DNA of 64,000 nucleotides from the NCBI GenBank assembly GCA_964247055.1, contig OZ176059.1, positions 806,001 through 870,000 on the forward strand, written 5' to 3'. The position numbers and the translations under genes are program-made. Shown here one piece after another: positions 39,790 through 53,050 of the stretch. Origin of the DNA: Paragordius varius. Lineage: Eukaryota; Animalia; Nematomorpha. A model generated the notes under the pieces. It ran no database searches. It saw only the letters and a program-made list of their open reading frames with translations, and was not told where the DNA came from. Each line of letters starts with the position of its first letter. Within the stretch, counting starts at the first letter, position 1.

Positions 39790-40620
39790 AAAATTTCATT
39801 TCATATTTTTTGCCGTCAAAGATCTGTTGGCCAAAGCTGACCTAATTCTTGATTAAATTTAACAAAAATTATAATTTGGCAGTATATTTTAATCGTTGAC
39901 TTTGAAAACGAATAGTTTATTTGGAATGGATGGCCACCTATTAAAGCTAAAAAAGTTGCAAAACTATAATCAATATGACTATCTGCTAAAGCAGTTTCCT
40001 CTCCATATTCAGATAAATAGGAGTTTATCATAATACAGACTCGGGTTATGGCGCCTAATCCTGCTTTGAAAGTTGTAAGACTTCAGGCATTCTTGTTTTT
40101 ACAGCAAAAGCCCTTTCTAATCCTTCTAACAAGTAGAGAGACACTTTATTTTTATGTGAGGCTCACACTGCTTTGATACCCATTGTGCCATAGTATCTAG
40201 CTGTAACCTCATAAATGTAAAACGGGTAAAATATCAACTGGCTATCTTAAATTTAGCCCCCAAAAAGTACTGAAAGTTGGTAACAGGCCTTGCTTAAATA
40301 TATCAGCGGCTCCAGCATTGCCCTCCGATTCTATAAACCGCTCTTCAGCGATTAGTAACTGTTTTGCCGCAATAGGGTTTTGAGTTTGGCTTTTGAGAAT
40401 GCATTTAGAAATGAATTCGGGTTGTGGTATGCACATAGGGAAATGTTTAAAAATGATCATATAACAAGTAAAGGGTGTAGCGTCGGAAGATCGTCGGTGA
40501 CCTGTCAAGGCATTCGCTATCCACCCGTAACGCATTGAGCTTCAGAGCGGGGAGATACATCGAAGGTTAGGATTGACGTTAGTATCTACATACATTAATG
40601 AATGCCTTCATGTTAGGTGT
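39790..40620 (-). pseudogene. Decayed intron-free coding sequence of unknown origin
   Basis: GC content is raised relative to the flanks. Protein-like frames (97 aa, about 45 aa and 71+ aa) are joined by frameshifts and stops, with no splice-site framing. Confidence 0.45.
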
Positions 40621-40640
40621 GTTATTGTAAGTTAGTATAG

Positions 40641-41141
40641 TTTTCAAGAGTGTCCTTGAATACTTCAAGTTGGTCCTTTGACATTTTTGTTTTTTTAAAC
40701 ATTTATCAATCATATCCTAAATCATTCATCTATTTTATCCTTTTTGACATATTTTCAATTAGTTAACATAAATTATAAATCAATATCAACTTAAAATCAT
40801 TGAGAAACCGTATACATTTTTTATATATTAAAATTATTTTCGATATTTATAAAATTTTACATCTTAATTAAAAAATATATAAATTTGTGGATATTATTTC
40901 AATTTTAATTGGATATTGAAAGGTTAATAATTTTGTTAAATTGGAAAAAAAAAGTCGTTTTTTAATAAATTTTGTTTTTTAGCAAATAAATATATAATAA
41001 ATAAAAATTTAGTTAAAAAATAATAAAATAAAAAAAACATGGAAAAATTAGGTTAAATCAAAATTTAAAAATTTTAAGGACCAATTTGAAATGTTCAAGA
41101 ACCAACTTGAAGTGTTCAAGGACAATCTTGAAGTGCAAAGG
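40641..41141. mobile_element. Foldback-like TA|CCATTT-family element with 20-21-bp repeats
   Basis: TTCAAGAGTGTCCTTGAA..TTGGTCC units at the left end and inverted units at the right end (..GAAGTGCAAAGG|TA). Homologous throughout to 54354-54956. Confidence 0.7.
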
Positions 41142-41879
41142 TATATATTAAAAAAAATGTTAATTTGGCCCTGTTATGTAGGTAAAAGCAATATTTGACT
41201 TTAAGTAACCGTACAAACAGGGTTGTAATACTTACTCTACAAAGTAAGGGTCTGTATCACGGTAAAAATATTTAAGCATTATTTTTGCATAATCATAAAA
41301 TGCAATAAAATTTGCTAATAAATTGGTAAAATTCGATCAAACAAAGAATTTTTGGTTCAAATAAAAGAATATTACATGATAATCTAGATTCATTTAAAAA
41401 ATTTCCGCCTAGGCTTTTTTCTTATTTCTATTATCCTAGCTGGTTAAAACAAAAAAATTTTAGAGTTCATAGATAAATATAAAAAAATATATTATATGGT
41501 AAACAAAAAAACATCCTGATGAATCTGATAGATAAATGCATCAGGATTAGCATATTGCATTTGGTTTGTGCCCTACATGTGAAAAAAATTTTACACTTTT
41601 GTGCCAATTGCTATATATGGAAAAATCGCACATTATGCTAAAAAAATTTTTAAAGGCTAAATGCCTTATTCCAAAAAATGTTATATTATATATAATAAAC
41701 TATATTTAAAAGGAAAGACATTATTTATACGAGATTTGATTTTTAAGCTGTAGCCCGGAAATTACAAATTTTTCGCTTCCTTTAAAACAAGTGAGTTTTC
41801 CTAAAATAAAAGTAAAAATGCTGACATCGCGCAATGAAGTTTTTTATATGTTATATTATGACATCAAAACATATTTTTA

Positions 41880-43452
41880 AATATTTCGATTTATATTCCA
41901 AATACCCCAGACTATATTTGAGTTCACATATTTAAAAATCTACTAAATGAAACGGTCCCAATTTAATTTTATGCTACTATCCTAATAAACATTAAATATA
42001 TGAGCCTAAATATCTATATCAAACTACTTCGACGCCATTTTTATTTTACAAAATTTTTGCAAATTTCGTATTTATTTATTTTTAAAGATGAAATTAATCA
42101 AGCTCTTGCCATGGTTATTTATTCTATATTTTTTGAAATATTTAATTTTAAACAAGCTTGGGATACCCAGCTATCCCAATTCGAATCCAAGGACTGAAAT
42201 GAATGTGCGATATATGTTTTAAATAAAAATTTGAGTTAACACTTGGATACAACACATTAATTTCATTCAGTCCTTCAATTCAAATTGGGGTAGTTGGATA
42301 CCCCAGGCCTGCTTAAAATTAGATAATATAAAAAATAGGAAGGAATTTAAACCATAGCAAAATTTTGTCCCTATATAACATTAATAAACCGAAATATATA
42401 AAAAATTTTACTCAAAAATAATTGATATTACTTATTTTAATGTAAAACCGAATGGTAAAAATTTATTCAACGTAACATATGGGTATTGGCTAAAGTAACA
42501 TTTCAATTCAAATTGGGGTATTTAAATACCCCACACTAAATTTAATTTAAAATTTTTAAAAAACTTCTGAAGGAAACGGTCTTAATTTAAATTTGTGCTT
42601 CTATCATAATAAAAATAATATAAATATGCCAAAATATTACAATAAAAGTTTGTTTTGAAAAAAAAAGTTCCATGTCAAACCACTTCGACGCCATTTTTAT
42701 TTTACAAAATTTTTGCAAAATATCGTCATCATTTAATTTTAAGGGTAAAATTTAAACTAATTTTTATTTTAATAACATCTAACATTGATAGATATAGAAG
42801 AATGTGTTTATTTTTTATTATTTTTCAATTTTACCATTGCACGCACGTCACGTTGACTAAATTTTTACCTTTCGGTTTTAGCTTAAAATAAGTAATATCA
42901 AGTATTTTTGAATAAATTTTTTTATATAATTCGGTTTATTAATATTATATAAGTGCAAGATTTTGCCATGTTCGATTCCTTCCATATTTTTTAAAAAATT
43001 TAATTTTAACCAGGGCTGGGGTATTTAACTAACCCAATTTGAATCGAAGGCCTAAAATGAATGTGTTGTATCGAAGTGTTAAAAAATAACACAAAACAAA
43101 CCACTTTTTCTATTTCCATCAATGTTGGATGTAATTTAAATAAACAATTCGCTTTAATTACGTTAGAATCAAAAAAACACTTTTGAAAGCATCTTTAATT
43201 TTACCCTTAACACTAAATGAAGACGACATTTTGCAAATATTTTGTAAAATGAAAATGGCGTCGAAGTTGTTTGACATGGAACTTTTTTTTCAAAACAAAA
43301 TTTTATTTAGATATTTTGGCATATTTATATAATTTTTATTAGGAAATAAGCATAAATTTAAATTGGGATCATTTCTTTCAGGAGTTTTTTTAAAATATTA
43401 ATTAAAATTTAGTCAGGGATATTTAGATACCTCAATTTGAATCGAAGTGTTA
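41880..43452. mobile_element. Cluster of four TTAA-family MITE copies in alternating orientation
   Basis: Copies at about 41880-42212(-), 42236-42530(+), 42507-43082(-) and 43170-43452(+), with termini TTAACACTTGGATAC / GAAGTGTTAA. Confidence 0.7.
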
Positions 43453-44009
43453 ATAGAAATGTTGCATGTCCAAATTATATAACACTGTTTTTATATACTA
43501 AACCGTTATTTTATTGTTTTCATAAGCCTAAAATTAGGATAAGGGACGCTTCAACAAATTTTTGCTGAATTTGAAATGAGTGAGCATTTTTTTATAAATA
43601 TTTTTGTTGATACTAAAATTTTTAACATAATACAATAGTAACCGCGTTACTTCGATATTTTAGCTTTTATTTTAAAAAAACTAACTTAAATTAAAAAGGA
43701 AAATATTAGGGACTTTCAAAGATCACATCTAAAAACTAAAATCTTTATAAATTATTAATTTGCTTTATATATGTATATATATATTATTAGCTTATTTTGT
43801 ACGTCCCAATTTCGGAGGCAATGTTTAATATAAAAAACCTATACCTACCTGCATCAAAAACATATTACTCTTTTATTTACCCATGTATTTCTCTTTTTTA
43901 GAATAAAATTATAATGTAATAACATATGCACCCTAACATAATATATATAACATTGTGTGCAAAAATATCCTGATAAAATGTCATATTTAGATACTTTTGG
44001 TCAATCCGT

Positions 44010-44547
44010 AACATTTCTTCGATTAAAATTGGGGTTTCTAAATACTGCATACTATATTTAAACCAATATTTATAAAAAATTACAGAACAAAACGGTTTTA
44101 ATTTAAATTTATGCTTTTATCCTAATAAAAATTCGAAATATGTATAAAAATTAGTTTTGAAAAAACTCCATATCAAACTAGTTAGACGCCATTTTTTTAC
44201 AATATATTTGAGAAATATTGGGTTTATATATTTTAAAGGTAAAATTTATGCTAATCAATATAACATTAATCGAAGCAAAGTGATTTTTTTAATTATTTTT
44301 TAATTTTGCTAATGCACACATGTCATATTGACTAAATTTTTATCTTTGGGTTTTATCTTAAAATAAGTAATATCAAGTATTTTTGAATGAATTTTTATAT
44401 TTCTATTTATTAATATACTATTAGTGCAAATTGCTAAGGTTTCAATTACTTTCATTTAAAGTATTTAATTATAAACAGGGCTGGGGCTTCCAACTACCCC
44501 AATCTGAATTGAAGGACTGAAATGAATGTGTTGTATCCAAGTGTTAA
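44010..44547 (-). mobile_element. TTAA-family MITE
   Basis: Ends GTATCCAAGTGTTAA at 44547; reverse-complement homolog of 1351-1894. Confidence 0.7.
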
Positions 44548-44839
44548 TGTTTAATTCCGAAAAATATCATTAAAACATATTATAAAAATATAAGAAGCAA
44601 AACAATATTTTCAAAAATTTTTGATTTTCAAACAGCACCAAAACCCTCAATTTTCTACACTTTTCTAAAAATAATTCCCTTAATGCAACTAACTCATTTC
44701 TGTGCTCCCATTCAAAGTTGGGTCTTTGGGAATAACAGGACTGTTTTTAATATTTTTAAAAATAGAATATTCATAGAAACCACATTGATGTACCGAAATA
44801 TAAAAAAATATTAATAATTTCATATTATTTTAGGGTTAA

Positions 44840-47800
44840 CCTTACTGTAACTCTGACACAATCAGTCAAAAAACTTACGCGTCTCATGAGGCGGTTGTGA
44901 TCCATTACAATCAGAAACCACAATACTAACTGTAACTTCCCAACCTGTCGATTATAAGAAGCGCTCACCTTTTTATATTTGTTTTGTAAATTTTATATAA
45001 TTTTTTCATTCACACACGCAATATATGTATAGGAATATTTTTAGAAAGGTTTTTTGGTTTGCGCTCTCTCGACCATAACCATTTTTAAGCTTCATCATTA
45101 TGTCAAGGTTCCCTCTACCTCTTCCCTCATCTTGATCCAGGCTCTTAGAGACATATCATGTTTCCAGTAACCTTTGTAAGTGCCTGTTTGATGCCCACAT
45201 CCTCCTATCGGACACATGAATTCACCACCACATGTTTGTAGGCTTCCTTTCCACGTGGAGGAAGGTTTGCTGGGTCTAAATTAGACCTGACCGAGACGGT
45301 TACTACCTTTCGGGACTGAAATCATCGCACCCAACGATATTCCATGGACATTGTTTTGATGGTTTTTAAGCCACCCTAGAGTTTTGTATGATTTGGAGCA
45401 GCCAGCAACCCCACATGGGTATGGATTGCTGCTCTCCCCCCTTTCCTTGGCCATATGAAAGACCATAACATATTTTTTCATATTCTTTTCGTTTGAGAAT
45501 TCAACCGCACAACCATCGACTGAACAGAATACTAAGGCGACTGTTTGTAAAAGTAAATTATTGACGAGAGTTAAGTCCTTCGATTTCCTTCCTGGATGCG
45601 CGAACTCAGGTAATTTCCCACTCTGAACAACTGCCAGTTAAAAATCCTCAAGATTTCAACATTCGACTTCGTGCATACGAAGTGACCCGTTATTACCTTT
45701 GTTTAGCACAAACCAGTCCAAATCTCGTTAGACACAGTGCTCTCATCTTTGTCTACAGCGTGCACCGACTTTCGTTTTACCCAGCACCCCATCGTACAAC
45801 TGAGCTGCTAGTTCAGAAGTTTGGCCGAGGCATAGCTTGCTGAACCAGCGAAGCCTTCTACTGTTCAACAGTTCATTCACATAAGGGAGCTTCACCGCTG
45901 ACCGGAGACTTGGAACGAGTACCTTATCTGATCGTGAAACACCCACACACGTTCTAATGCAATCATTGAGAAAACTATCCAACCTACTCACGTCTGCCAT
46001 TCCACGTTTCACAGCCGTACAATAGAGATGGAACCACGAAACCCATTATCATCTGCCGTTTTATCTAGTTGGCAATTTTTTGCTTTCCAAGATAGGTTTC
46101 ACTTTACGCAACACTACCCTGGCTCTTGCGATTCTCCGTGTGATTTCGCGGCTGATACTTCCCTTCCGACTGATCTCAGACCCAAGGTACGTAAAGCTAT
46201 TTACATCTTCAATTACAAACGTTTTTAGCATTATGGGTAGGTTGTCTTTAGAGCCCGTCAACTCTATTAGGATACCATCTAATTTTAAAGTGGAGTTTAA
46301 ACGTTCCAATGCCAAGGAAAGTTCGCTTCAATTGTTACTGACTAGCAATATATAATCCTCAATGCTAGTATTTACAGGAGTGCTCTGACTACAAAAGGAT
46401 GGATTTTTTAAGTGACTGATACCTTCCAGCTGAAGATCAGCTTCACGAAGGCATGATTCTAGAAAGATGTTAAACAGGGCAGGTGAGAGTCTGTACCCAT
46501 GCCGAACGCCCCGTTCAAGTTTAAACCAGCGCGATGTGCTGCCTTTCGACTTTACTCTCGCTTTATTGCCGTAGATCAAATTGGCTATGAGCCTTAGTAA
46601 CTTCGGACCGCAGCCCGCTTTTCCCAGACAGTCCATTAATGCCCCATGAGGGACGCTATTGAACGCCTTCTCAAGTTCAATGAAGACACAGTGCACCTCT
46701 GTATCGGCTATTCGAGATTTTTCTTGCAACCTTCGAAGCGAGAATATTAGGTCACAAGTAGATTTCCGTTCCAGGAACTCGCATTGGTAATCGCCCATTA
46801 CATGTTTGGTCAACGTCTGCAATCGTTCGTTCAGAATGCCACTAAAGATCTTCCCATCAATGTTGAGTAAGGAGATGGGACGATATGATTTGGTCAATCG
46901 TCTTACCTTTACCCTTATATATCGGACATATCTCCGCGACTTTCCAATCTTCCGGAATGAAGCGCGTCTCCCAAACCCTTTCGAATATGCCTTTCACATT
47001 CACGGACCGATTCCCCACCCGCATGATACAATTCCAGAGCTATACCATCCTCACCACTAATCTTTCCGAATTTCATCTTCCTCAAGGGCCGTTTGATTTC
47101 ATCTCTTCCGGGGACATTATCGTTACATTCCACACCGATAGCGAACAATGAATCACCAAAGATGTCACCACTGCTTTTACGATACACTGATTCGTAGAAT
47201 GTGGCCATATCTTCCACATTATCACACAAACTTTTCTGTTTACTTGTACTACCCCAGCCACTTGTTGCAGGTGCTTACCACCGCATCAAGAATTACAGAG
47301 ATACCTTTCTTGTTGTTCACTAGACAGTGCTCCACTTGCGTGGCTTTCTTATCCAACCATTCTGACTTGAGGGCGTAAATCTTTTGTTTTAGAGGTTTGT
47401 TAAGGGCTTTAAATGAAGCCTTATCACTTTGAGTGGCTTTTCCACTACAGATTGCTTTACGTAGTTTTCGTTTGGCCTTAATGTCAACAAGAATTTCTTC
47501 TTGGTTTGGACCCGGGCACACGTTCAATCCCGTCTTCGAAAACGTAGGAATACACTCGCTAAATGCACCCTTTAACGTTGTTACATCACAATCTCCCCAC
47601 TGTGTGAACGAAACCTCTCTTTTAAGTTGTGTTCAAAGTTCCTTCTCAATTATTTGTTAGTAACCAGGGTTAAAAGTTCATCTTTAGTGGTCTCCTCTAT
47701 CGAGGTAAGTCCTTCTTTGGACGAGTTTTTTGCCTTTCACTGACAAATTTTCCCAGCACCCACCTGTGATCCGTAGCCAGTCCCGTAAGTTGACTTTCAA

Positions 47801-48835
47801 CATCCGTAACCCAAATACTAATTCCCCTGTGAACTAGTATCATGGGTAATGCCTTAACCACTTGGGTCTACCCAAGTGACCTTTTTCCAGTAAGGTTTCT
47901 TGAAAAAGCTTTTAACATCCTTAAGACTATGTAGATTACATAACGAGGAGATTACCGTTATTGTTTCCCGCACGATTTCTGGCAATATTTAGCCCCGAAC
48001 ATGCCATTACGTTCGCCTGATCGATCGACTTGAGCGCTGAAGTCACCAAGGACCATATATCTTGAGTTTATGTCTCTCAGTTGAGCACCAAGAGTAGCAT
48101 AAAATTCCGATTTTTCAAACACTTTTGCCGAATCGACCGGAGCGTAGACCGGCAAAATCGTTATATCATATTATTTATACCCTCATCTTAGCAATTTTTA
48201 ATGTCCTCGAATTGGCGTTCTCGGCAATGTCCCTCTTGATAAGGAACCCGAATCCACGTGTGTCCGCCTTATGTTTGAACCAGTAAGGAGTATGTATGAC
48301 AGGACATATTTGTCTATCCCCCTGCATCCATGGCACTCCTGTACTGCGGGAATGTCAACGCCTTTCTTCTCCGTATCAACTGAAAGTTCAATCCAGCGAA
48401 GTTCACACCTCAGGCGACATTCAGGGTACCTATTTGGATGTTTCTGTTACTAGAGCCTGGTCCCACCCTTTTTCTCGGATCGTTGTAGCAGGACACCTGT
48501 TTTGTAATATATTCGAATTAATAGTAGTTTTGTACATCATGATTGCATTGAATAGGCAATGTGTACTGTGAGTTATGGGCTTGTCAGACCCCGAGAACTC
48601 AAACCCTCCCTAGATTACACAGACCCGTGCATAGACCGCTTGGCCAACTAGGATAGTATCGATTGTATCGGTTTGTCGGAAGTTAGTCTCCTCCTTCCGA
48701 CCCTTCACCTGTTAAACTTGCCTGAAACCCGTTTGCCGTCATTAAAACGCTGAGGTAGCCGGTCGGATCACCACTATGAGGTGGGGTAGGACTCTAATCC
48801 ATCAACCTTACGGTATAATTTCAGCAAACATACAC
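44840..48835 (-). mobile_element. Near full-length, inactivated RTE-clade LINE (APE endonuclease, RT and C-terminal zinc fingers)
   Basis: Minus strand: IGTLNV and DIPAVQE (~48430-48340), VYAP..VLGDFSAQ (48155-47960), SYRPISLL, FIELEKAFNSVP, GVRHGYRLSPALFN, FTYLGS, RLRWF, then YPCGVAGCSKSYKTLGWLKNHQNNVH. Multiple frameshifts and stops. Confidence 0.9.
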
Positions 48836-48910
48836 GTGTTAACTAATAAAAATAACGAAATTCACCACTTTTGTTTATATCAATGTTAGATGATAAAGAC
48901 AAAATAAGCC

Positions 48911-49458
48911 TTAACGCTTGGATACAACACAATCTATTAGTCTTTTGATTCAAATGGGGCAGTTACACACCCCAGGCCTGTTAAAATTAAATATTTCAAA
49001 AAATATGGTATAGGTTGAAACCATGACAAATGTTTGCACATAACACAATAATGAACCGAAATATAAAAAAATTCATTCAAAATTACTTGATATTCTTATT
49101 CAGGGGTAAGGTATAAATTTAGTCAACATGACATGTGTGCATGAGCTAAATATAAATACAAGCAAAAAATACCATTTTTTCTGTTTATATGAATGTTAAA
49201 AGTGATTTTAATAAAAAAACTTAATTTTAGGCTTAGAAAAACACGACATTTTGCAAATATAATATAAAAATGTCGTTCAAGTAGTATGATACAGAACTTT
49301 ACTTCCAAAACTAAATTTTATTTAGATATTTTGGCTTATTTAAATAAATTTTGTTAGGATAGATGCATAAGTTTAAATGAGAACCGTCTCCTTCAGTAGT
49401 TTCTAAAAATATCAACTTAAACATTGTCTGGGGTATTTATATCCCCCAATTTGAATCA
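48911..49458 (+). mobile_element. TTAA-family MITE
   Basis: Starts TTAACGCTTGGATAC. Further partial copies lie at about 49500-49640 and 50770-51205(-). Confidence 0.7.
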
Positions 49459-49664
49459 TGGTAAACACGATGAAATAAAAATAGCGGCGATATAGTGATA
49501 TGGAAATTATTTTCGAAACCAAATTTTAATTTAATTTTTCATATTTTTGTAAGGATAGAAGCGTAAATTTAAATTTACTGTTTCTTTCAGTAGTTTTTAA
49601 AAATATTAGCTAAAATTAGACTGTGATTGTTAGATACCTCGATGAATCTTATTATTAAAATGAA

Positions 49665-50115
49665 CTAGATCGCGCGAAAATTTTATAAATTTTAAAAAAA
49701 TGCATACTTTTTAAAAAAATGGAGTTTTTAGCAAAATTTTGTTGAAATGTACTTCATACTATTTTGAGGCATGATGAAACGGTTGAAAACATTCTATGGT
49801 AATGCTGAACATTTATATCATTCACCCCAGAATTTTGGTTGATATTGTTTCTTCAAATTGTTAAATATTAATTGTGCATTTTTAAAAATTTACCAAAATT
49901 TGAAGAGATAAACCATTAAAATAAAATTCTGAAGCGATAGAAATACTAAAAACATTAATTTAATTGAAAATCTTTAAATATTATCTTAAGGCACATTTAT
50001 ACCGTTTTCATCATGCCTCAAATTAAACGAAGTACACTGCGATAAAATTTTGCCAAAAAATAAATTTCTGATAAAGGTATGCATATTTATAAAAATATTT
50101 TTAGTTGATATCAAA
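49665..50115. mobile_element. Inverted-repeat MITE
   Basis: TTTTGAGGCATGATGAAACGG (~49760-49785) is inverted as CCGTTTTCATCATGCCTCAAA (~50000-50022), and the flanking arms also pair. Confidence 0.55.
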
Positions 50116-51244
50116 TTTCTCATATATTTAAATTTTTTATAACAGTATTGTGTTTATTTTAAAACACAATAGCCATTTTGGAAAAGGGCATTGAAAAATA
50201 CTACAAAAGTGTAAATAACTCTCTTAATTACTCGTAAGTGCCAAAGCCAAAAGAAACATGATAATCCTGCATTTTTCTATCAAATATATATATTTCATCA
50301 AGTTTTTATGCCCCCGATTCAGGACGCAGTGGAACGAAGTGATTTGCATTTAAAAAAATTTAACGTATCCATTTATATATGTAAAATTTATTTTGTAGTT
50401 TATATATATATATATATATATATCGATTCAGTTTTAATTAGGGTAACTTGATATATAAAATGGCTATAGAGGATGACATTTAAAATTTATGCGTCAGTCC
50501 AAAGAATAATGGTTTAAATAAACTAAAGTATTTTGATAAATTCAGTTTGTTTTGGTTAACGTTTGATTATCAAACATTGTTCTGGTACATTTTTTGCAGC
50601 TTTCTATCTTAAATTCAAAAAAGAAATATATCAAATAATTTAATATATAGTGATGCAAAAATGTTTTCAAATTTTTCTAAAGTTTTTTTGAATAGACACT
50701 TATATACCTCTTGAAATAAGACTCAATAATTGAGATATTCCAAACCATTTTAAATTGATATTATTAAAAAAACTAATGAATGGGGTGGTTTCAATTTAAA
50801 TTTTGCTTCTGTTTTAATGATAACATTAAAATAAGCAAAATATGTAAATGAAATTTAGTTTTGAAAAAAAAGCATCATATCAACTACTTTAACGCCATTA
50901 AGCATATTTAAAAATATGGTGCTTTTTGAATTCCTAATCAAAAATTGTTATTTTCTTAAAAAAATCTCATTTAACACAAATAACAGAAAAAATGGTTTAT
51001 TTTGAAGTATTTTTAGATAAGGCACACTCATTGGCTGAATTTTCACCTTTAGATTATCCAAAAATAAGTAATATATCTTTTTTTTATTTGGTGCATTATA
51101 TGTAAGTGCAATTAGCAATGATTTTCCAGGTTTTAAAAAAAATTGATTTTTAACAGACCTGAAATCAATGACCCTAATTTGAAATAAATGTGTTGTATCC
51201 AAGTTTAGAATTAACCAAAAATCCTTGCAAATTTTATAAAAATA

Positions 51245-51897
51245 CTAGCGAAAATCTCGTGCTGCTACGCAGCCCGAGGAAGTCCTTCGGACTTCTGGGG
51301 GGGGTTCGAAATTTGGATTTGAATGGGTCTACCGGTTTTTCGGTAGCAGATCACAAAGTTACATGAGGAATCAGTTTTTAGCGGGTAGCTCCTTACCCAG
51401 CAGCTATCATCAAAGAAACACTTGACTAAATTTTTTGCCTTTTAACAGGGAATACGTGGCGTCCATATTGAATTTTTACGGTCTCATACCTAGGGCGAAA
51501 AATACAATCAAAAAATTATTTTTGTGGACTTTGTTTTTTGAAAAAAATGGCATTTTATGGGGGTAGCGGGTAAAAAGAGGGCCAAAATCAAAAAAGTGAC
51601 TCGACTATGTTCGGCGCAATCGAAAATTAGTAAACAAAAATCATACTTGAAATTGAATGGTCCAACACGTTCTCCAGAAAATTGTCTCAAAGACACGATT
51701 TTTGTGGACTTGTGTTTTCAAAAAAAACCCGTTTTTCACACGGGGTCCCGAACTGGGGGTCTATTTCAAAGAAAGGCCGAAGCTATTGTCGGGGCATTGA
51801 TTAATGATTTTATTTTTTCGTTGGATTTGAATGGGTCTACCGTTTTTCCTGTACCAGATCACAAAGCCAGCATTTTCCATTTTTATAAATATATAGA
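51245..51897 (-). mobile_element. Complete non-autonomous Helitron (653 bp)
   Basis: On the minus strand: A|TCTATATATTTATAAAAATGG ... hairpins GAAGTCCGAAGGACTTC and GCTGCGTAGCAGC ... CGCTAG|T. This gives 5'-TC, a subterminal hairpin, CTAG-3', an A/T target and no TSD. Confidence 0.8.
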
Positions 51898-52217
51898 TTA
51901 ATTTATGTTAAAACAAACTTGGTACTGGGATACGGATTGTTGGTTGATTGTGACTTGATAACAAAATTATTAATTTAGTATTACAAAAAGATTTATATTA
52001 CAATACTATATTCTTAGAAGTATTAGGCAGTTTTGTATTATGGGTTTTTTAATTAATTTGGCAATTTTTTAACTGGAACTATCTATATTATTTCATAAAA
52101 TTTTAAAAATCGTATAATTAAATTGTGAAAATATATTTTTTTGTGAAACAAACTAAACATTACTATTGTGATGTTTACACAATATTATACACAGAAACAT
52201 TAATACGCAATTGTAAC

Positions 52218-53050
52218 TTTCCACAACATATTGGGGCACGGATCGGTGGTCTTACTATTTGCAATCTCCGGTATGCCGATGACACCATTCTCTTGTCAGA
52301 ATCCTACACGGACATGACCTATCTTTTAAATAATCTCACCATCGAAGCAAGTTGGATGGGTCTTAAGCTGAACCCAGCTAAATCTAAAATAATGATCCTA
52401 AACGATCCACAACTACCAATTACAATCAATAACTCCCCCATCGAACTAACCGATCATTGTAAATACCTAGGCTCCATAATTACATCCGACGGTAGCTCGG
52501 ACCCCGACATACGAGCACGACTAGCATTGGGACGTGCTACTATGGGTAAACTGTCCAAAATTTGGAACTCGTCGGTCATAAGACTTCCAACTAAACTTGC
52601 CATCCTGAAGGCGATGATATACCCCGTGGCAATTTATGGGTCCGAATCATGGATATGCAATTCCATTGACAAAGCCCGCATAAACTCTTTTCAAATGTGG
52701 TGCTTTCGAAAAATATTGAGAATCTCCTGGAAAGCCCACATCTCCAATTCTTACATACTCAAATTCATTAAACCCGAATTTTTACTTTACGATTTAATAA
52801 CCTTTAAACAGCTAAAATATCTGGGCCATATCCTGCGATCCGACTCGCTAGAAAAAGGCATACTCTTTGGGTTGGTAGATGGCACCCGCAGAAGGGGCCG
52901 GCCCAAAAAGCGGTGGATCGATGTGCTCAAATCAATAACAAATCTAACCTTTCATCAACTGTTGAGAGAAACACAGGATCGCCTAAAATGGAGAACACTA
53001 ATCTATGAGAAAGCCAAGAGTCAGTATATGACTAGCTTATAACAACAAAT
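52218..53050 (+). mobile_element. 5'-truncated RTE-clade LINE (RT C-terminal half, frame intact)
   Basis: IGGLTICNLRYADDTILL, GLKLNPAKSKIM, KYLGS, IYGSESW, FQMWCFRKILRISW, LKYLGHILR and GTRRRGRPKKRWID. Ends TAACAACAA. Confidence 0.93.

Noticed and set aside
46028-48571. Plus-strand ORFs across the LINE, and 31249-31836 antisense/alternate frames
   Set aside because: Antisense or off-frame shadows of retrotransposon coding sequence.
44010-49458. LINE nested in the loop of one large MITE
   Set aside because: Each flanking arm is itself a copy of the dispersed TTAA MITE family, separated from the LINE by unrelated sequence. Chance inverted neighbours explain it.
29265-51899. Giant 22.6-kb composite transposon bounded by the two inverted ~450-bp repeats and carrying VPS25
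   Set aside because: There is no TSD, and the right copy is a self-contained Helitron with its own 3' hairpin and CTAG at 51245. These are two independent insertions in opposite orientation.
51508-51901. ORFs of 62-114 aa at 51.5-51.9 kb, 29.3-30.6 kb and 17.6 kb as genes
   Set aside because: They fall inside repeated non-autonomous Helitron sequence and have no Rep/helicase motifs.
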